Assembly: GCA_977862235.1 (NCBI GenBank)
Contig: OZ374560.1
Coordinates: 434,001 to 498,000 of the forward strand
Length of the DNA: 64,000 nt
Direction of reading: 5' to 3'
Source: Dudresnaya verticillata
Taxonomy: Eukaryota
Part shown: positions 58,655 to 64,000 of the stretch, one piece after another
Layout of the letters: every line of letters starts with the position of its first letter
How positions within the stretch are numbered: the first letter of the stretch is position 1
The notes under the pieces: generated by a model
Databases searched by the model: none
Told to the model about the DNA's origin: nothing
The model's input: only the letters and a program-made list of their open reading frames with translations
Position numbers and translations under genes: made by a program

Positions 58655-61600
58655 ATCTCTGTTAAAGTACCATTGGAATAATGTCGCCATCTAGCACTTG
58701 CGTTCACTAACCCGTGACTAGCCGTTAACAAGAGCCATTACAATGAACGGTTAGGACACTCACGCGGTGGAATGACATAGGTATCTCGGGTTGCTGGTCC
58801 CGACTGTAAAAGGCACTCTTCACATCAATTTTGCTAATGAACTATCCGAAAATTGTTGTGATAGAAAGTAATGTTCTAAATCTCAGAGGAGACACCCTTT
58901 GACGATCGTCACTTAAAACATCAGGTGTAGCAGTGGTCAGAACATGGTTAAGCCTGTCAAGATCAGATTCTTCCTCAGGGTTATGGCCATCTGCATCTTC
59001 TATAGCAATCTCGGAAGCATTATCATCCCTATTTTCACGATATACAGCAGAAATAGTTTCAAATTTGAAGTAATCCAGAGCATCCACACCATCTCATACA
59101 TTGCGTCATGGAACGTTTGCGTAAATTCCCCATGTAACTATTCGTCTTCTAACATCATTTTAAATTCATCGGAACAAATGTCAATTGCCTCTTGGACAAG
59201 ATGGGAAACTCAGCATCACTGGGCAAATGCAGGTCGTACAACTTCTATAGCTGCACAAATGGGCATACCAGAAGAACTAGGTACAGTTATTGACCGAGAC
59301 TTCTGATCATACGTCAGAACGGGGCGAGGGAAACTCCATTTTCCACGTTTCTCATTAGGGTTCTTAATAAAAATTTCCGCAAGGTCACCAGACTTCATCT
59401 TATTATCTGATGTAGCTTTTGAAAGCATTATTGCGGTCAACTTCCGGCATGCCGATAAATCTTCGGGTGCAAAAATAATTTCAGGTGGTACAACGATTGA
59501 TGAATTATTTGGAAACACAGGACGCGTATATCCTTTAGCTAGCTCGTGTGCAGATGCAATTTCTTTTCCATATCGATCATTTGATATGCGAATGGCTTGA
59601 ATTATAAGACGCAGGCCTGGACTAACGGGACGTCGACGATTCACGGCGAGGCCGGTGAGCTGGAGAATGCGGGAAACCAGTGGTGAAACTAACGAATGGT
59701 ATTCAGTAGTAGGATTTGTTCCCCGGCGCGTGGCCAGGAAAGTAATGAGCTTTTGAAGTGCGCTACGGCATTCGGGGCCAATGCCTCCGTGAATGTCGAA
59801 TCCCAGCGGCGGAAACGTAATACAATGTGCTGCACAAGCAGTGCGATACTTGCGATGCTTCTCCCGTTCAGCGACTTGGGCGGCTCCTGCAGGAATTTCA
59901 GATGCCTTGGATACAGCACGAGCAGTAGAGGGAGTCACAATAGTAAGATCATAACCAATGCATGAATCAGAAAAGGCGGGATCATCCAACACCAAGTCCA
60001 ATCGTCGAAGATCGTCCTGTAGATGAAAGGACTGCTCTCTCGTGACAGAAAGCCCGATAGACGGGTGACGGAGACGAGAAAAAAGGAGATCCCTAATAGA
60101 ATTGTGACGACGAGTGGACCCATGGGCACAGGGACATGTCGAAGCATGATACCACAAACGGTCAAGGGAAACCACGCGACCAGAAACGGATAGACACGCA
60201 GAACAAGGGAGGTCTGGCGCAAATACAGGTGCGCCCAAACGCAAGTCGATCATGGTAGCCCATATAGCAGGTGACACAGAGCTGCCTCGGCGTGGATCGG
60301 GGAATGCGGTAAAGGCCATTCGAGATTCCAAACTACCACAGGAGAGAAGTCTGGCCCTTTTCACACGATCTTCTCTCTCAGTCGAACGGGTGGAGGGCCA
60401 GTAATTATCCACCAAACGAGCGTGAACCTTCGCGGAGAGTTCTTCTTGCAAGTGGGGGATGTAACCTCGCTTTCAGGTGCGAGAGAGGAGAGTTGAAAAG
60501 TGATAATCGCTAGATGATCCAAACCGAGTACACAGGATAGGAGAGCCGAGCACAGTTAGAGAATCATCGTGAGATATAGTAACATGGCACCCGTTAGCAG
60601 TGACAGGGATTCGAGAGGGACGGCGCCACCACCAAGCAGTGGTTTTGGAAAGATTGAGATGGAAACCAATCTTAGATCCTTCCGTTGCGAGGAAAGAAAG
60701 AACTGAACCGAGCATACTGCGAGGCAGGAGGAAAGTTCCATCATCGGCGAAGAATACTTGCAAAGGCATAGAGAAACGGGTACGAAGGAGACACAAGAGA
60801 GGTTGCAGGACCAATGCAAACAATAGAGGGCTAAGTGGATCACCCTGATGAGTGCCGGATCGACTATGGACAAGGAATGATCCAAAGTGTAACGGAGCCA
60901 CGGCCGTATATAAAATGGATCCACTTTTCCAGACCCGGGCAATGCAGTACCACTTCTGAGAGTATCAAGCTTCGCTCGATGGCATTAAATGCATTCGCAG
61001 CATCCAAGCTCACGAGTACCATGTCTAAGTCACGTAGTCGAGTCGCTCAATAGCGTGAAGCATGTATGATCGCTTCTGCACCCCCTGAAACGCCTACAGA
61101 AAGTTGAAGAGGGCAGAGGACTGCAATACAGGATCACGAGTAACCTTAAAGGCAATTATTCGACTGATAAAACGCCTAAGAAGCACTGAAACAGCTATAG
61201 GACGCAACCGAGAGTTGTTAGCCTTAGGGAGGCCGATGAGAGTGCCACCAGCTAGAAATGAATGACAAGCTGCTGGCAAGTGCCCATTGACGGCATGGGT
61301 AACAAACAACGTTAGCTCTGCCAGCACAGACCGCGACGGATCGGAACCACCCGGCGTAGAAGCTAGGATTTTGAAGACAGCGGGACGAAGGCCAGGACAA
61401 GAGGAGCTTGGCATGGAGAGTAAACCCTTGCGAACTTCAGCCTCTTCAAATTGAAGCGCGGGGGGGAGCTGAATGGAATCAAGAGGAACAACAGGGCGTT
61501 TCGGAGCGGGATGTAAATCTTGAAGCAGACGGGCGTTGAGTGCCGTGGGTTGAGCAGGAACCGAATCCTCGGTGAGAATCGCACAGGCTTTAGATAAGTA

Positions 61601-64000
61601 GCCATCCCTGAACGCATTACGACAGCGGCTCAAGCGCAACTCCGCAACGGAAGGAAGGTGAGGTGGTGGCAGGCGTGAACGTAGATGTGCAACTTGAGCT
61701 TCAGAATATAACTGAGTCCATTCACCGCGCATGGCCAGATGGACTCTGTGGCGAATACTGTTGTGCAAGGAGCGGTTTCTGCGGTTGCGAGGCTCGTGCA
61801 GACCATTTTTGCGGAGTACCAACTTCGGAGTGACAAGAAGACGCTCAAATGCCTGGTATTGGAGAAGAGAAGTGTTTGCAGAATTAAACGAATGTAACAG
61901 GTAGTAATAGAGATCGATTACAGGTAATCGTAAAGAGTTGGGGATGTATGTCAGAGTAGGAATATGGGTATCACAAATAGCATTCAGAGGAGGACAAGCA
62001 CCCACAGTGGGAAAGGTCATTGGTGGCTGGAAAGAACGGGTTCAGGTGCTGTGTCCATGGGGGTGTCTCGAGGACAGTCATTGGAGGGCGAAGGGGGCGA
62101 GATTGCAGGACGGCGAGGAACCAAGGCAGGGGCATCTACAGCATCACGATTCGAGCGACGAACCAGCTGGGACCCATCCGAATCGAGGACAGGATCTCCA
62201 GAAGGACGGGATCGGGGTAACCCGTACCGACGTCGCTTGGCGGCGAGTGGAATCTCGCAAAGCGGGAACGCATGACCCTGTTGCGCCCGACCAGCCGTGA
62301 CGAGCTTAGCAAAGAGAGCTTTCGATATGGCGCAGTGCTTCGGAGAAGAAGGGAGCAGGGCGCCAAGAACAATCAAGGGCTTCAAGTCGGGTGCTTTCGG
62401 TGCGGAGAGAGGTAGTAATGGCTGCGATATCGTCTAAATCAGTCACGGAGGTCGCCAAATAGAGGACCGGCGACACCGAAATGGTCGGGACAACAACAGC
62501 ATCAGCATCCTTCGCGTAGTCCAGAAATGTAGTATACGCGGGAGCAACATGAGGAAGGTCTGCGGCCCCCGCACAAACATAGAAAGCTCGTGCACTATCC
62601 GTGGTGATGATTGAACAAGGGCCAGGAAAGCCCCCGACTTTCAGGGCAGAGCGGAAGTGAGCGGGGGAGTCGAAAGGACTAACGTTGGCGGCAGTGGAAA
62701 CCTTAACAAAGCGCTTAGCGTGTGAGCCGACGAGGGTGCGGTTAATGCGGCGGACATCACTCTCCAGGCGACGAGAGATAGGCTGTTGAGACGGATGTGT
62801 GGGAGCTTGATTTCCATGACGTCCAAGCATAGGAAGCTGGCCGACAGGACGTTTGGGCAGGTGAGTGGAAAGGGCGGCGAGATAGGGTCGAGGCGAATCT
62901 GGGGAAGAGGCGGCGGGAGCAGCGGTGGGAGAGATGACATGGGCGGAGGGGTCGGAGATAATCGATAAGAGGCGCCGCCGAACTGGTTTCCCCGGCAAAA
63001 CAGCGGAATTAAACCTTGAACAGCTGGCAACGGCGTCAGGCTAGGAGCGAACTGAGCTATCGCGGTGTCGTTAGCAAGATCGACGGTCGACAACAAGGGG
63101 GCACTTAAGCTGAGGAAATCAATGACTGCATGTGTGAGGGCGGTGAATGTAACAGACTTAGAGCCCGGATGCGTAGGTGTGGAAGGGGCACGAGGGTTTC
63201 TGGCGGAATCGGGCATGTCGGAAACAGAAGCGCCCGAGAACTTCGGACAAAGAGGACAAGAAAGCGCCAACTTTGACTCTATATAATTCTTGCTTGGACA
63301 ACGAGGTGGAGCAGGACGAAAGCTGATATCAAGCTGTTTGAGATAAGATTTAAAATCCGAGTTTTAAAGGCAAGATCACCTTGAACTGCTATTGGGGGCC
63401 CAAAGGCAGATATCCAACATGCCTCAAGAGAATATATTGCATCTTCCATATTTTTGGTCGTAAGGCATTGCTCTGAGGAATACCTGGACATCGAGTCCAT
63501 TATATGGAATACATTTAAATCCTGGGGGAAAATGATCAACAAAGACAAGACCATTAAAACCACGCGATAAATTATTTAGAGATACAGTACGAGCCTTTTT
63601 GGGCAGGTATGTAGAGTGACAGTCTCGACACGACTCAAGAATCTTCTACAAGTACGATGCACATTCATCATTCCATAGACTATTTCGTTCAAGTAAAGTT
63701 TTGATGTCATAGTAGTTGGAATGGTCACAGACGTGTGCGCGAACCTTGTCTATACTATGCTTCAAATTGTTCCATTGAATAGAGCTAGAACTACTGACAA
63801 GATTTTGAATAAGCTCATCATCAATATAAGGACTTTGGTTACAAGTATTATCAGATGATGCAGTTTGCACAAAGCGGTCAGCAGGAGATAGTCTAGTAAA
63901 TCTTCTTTCACGATACGGATAGAATCCTGTATTCCAGCATAGTTCTGAACTGGGAGTTGTGACAAGTTACCATTCATATGCATAATGTTACAGTGCTTCA
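58655..64000 (-). mobile_element. Decayed copy of the Copia family at 11746-16842, interrupted at 59609-63270; continues beyond the window
   Basis: 58655-59608 matches about 13169-14469 (with an internal deletion near 58890), and 63271-64000 matches about 14536-15270; many stops and frameshifts. Confidence 0.93.
59609..63270 (-). mobile_element. CRE-clade non-LTR retrotransposon coding region (RT plus restriction-like endonuclease), frameshifted
   Basis: LRPIAV..LLRR, DAANAFN, GTHQGDPLSPLLF, FADDG; C-terminal CSAC...HASTC knuckle, RRHN, RLD...YDLT, EREKHRKY, GG. Confidence 0.88.

Overview
Eukaryotic, transposon-dense DNA. The intronless gene and the element families are consistent with a red alga, but this is inference and cannot be proven from the window. 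Only one apparently intact host gene is visible: a secreted Cys-rich protein at 10358-11092. The rest is nested mobile DNA. (1) The 5' end of a Copia element (1-603). (2) A young full-length Copia with identical 332-bp LTRs and non-canonical TA...TA ends (11746-16842). (3) A pogo-type transposase split in three by a solo LTR (E1, TSD TTATT) and by Gypsy-type element A (19135-31996, TSD CCTTT); A itself carries a DIRS/PAT tyrosine-recombinase retroelement (25610-30497). (4) A sister element B in the opposite orientation (33789-41892, TSD ATCTG) next to a second solo LTR of family E (TSD AATAT). (5) A second pogo transposase cut by Gypsy element C. (6) A decayed Sola-like DDD transposase followed by a decayed ParB-domain + beta-class amino-DNA-methyltransferase gene. 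(7) A truncated Gypsy element D. (8) A decayed Copia whose integrase contains a CRE-clade non-LTR ORF joined in frame at both junctions. The best candidates for something new are the transposase / palindrome / ParB-methyltransferase module (48200-54800), and an 11-nt U5 motif shared by four divergent LTR families that is complementary to the D-arm of the tRNA type their PBS uses. All calls are by-eye motif recognition and internal sequence comparison; no database search was run.
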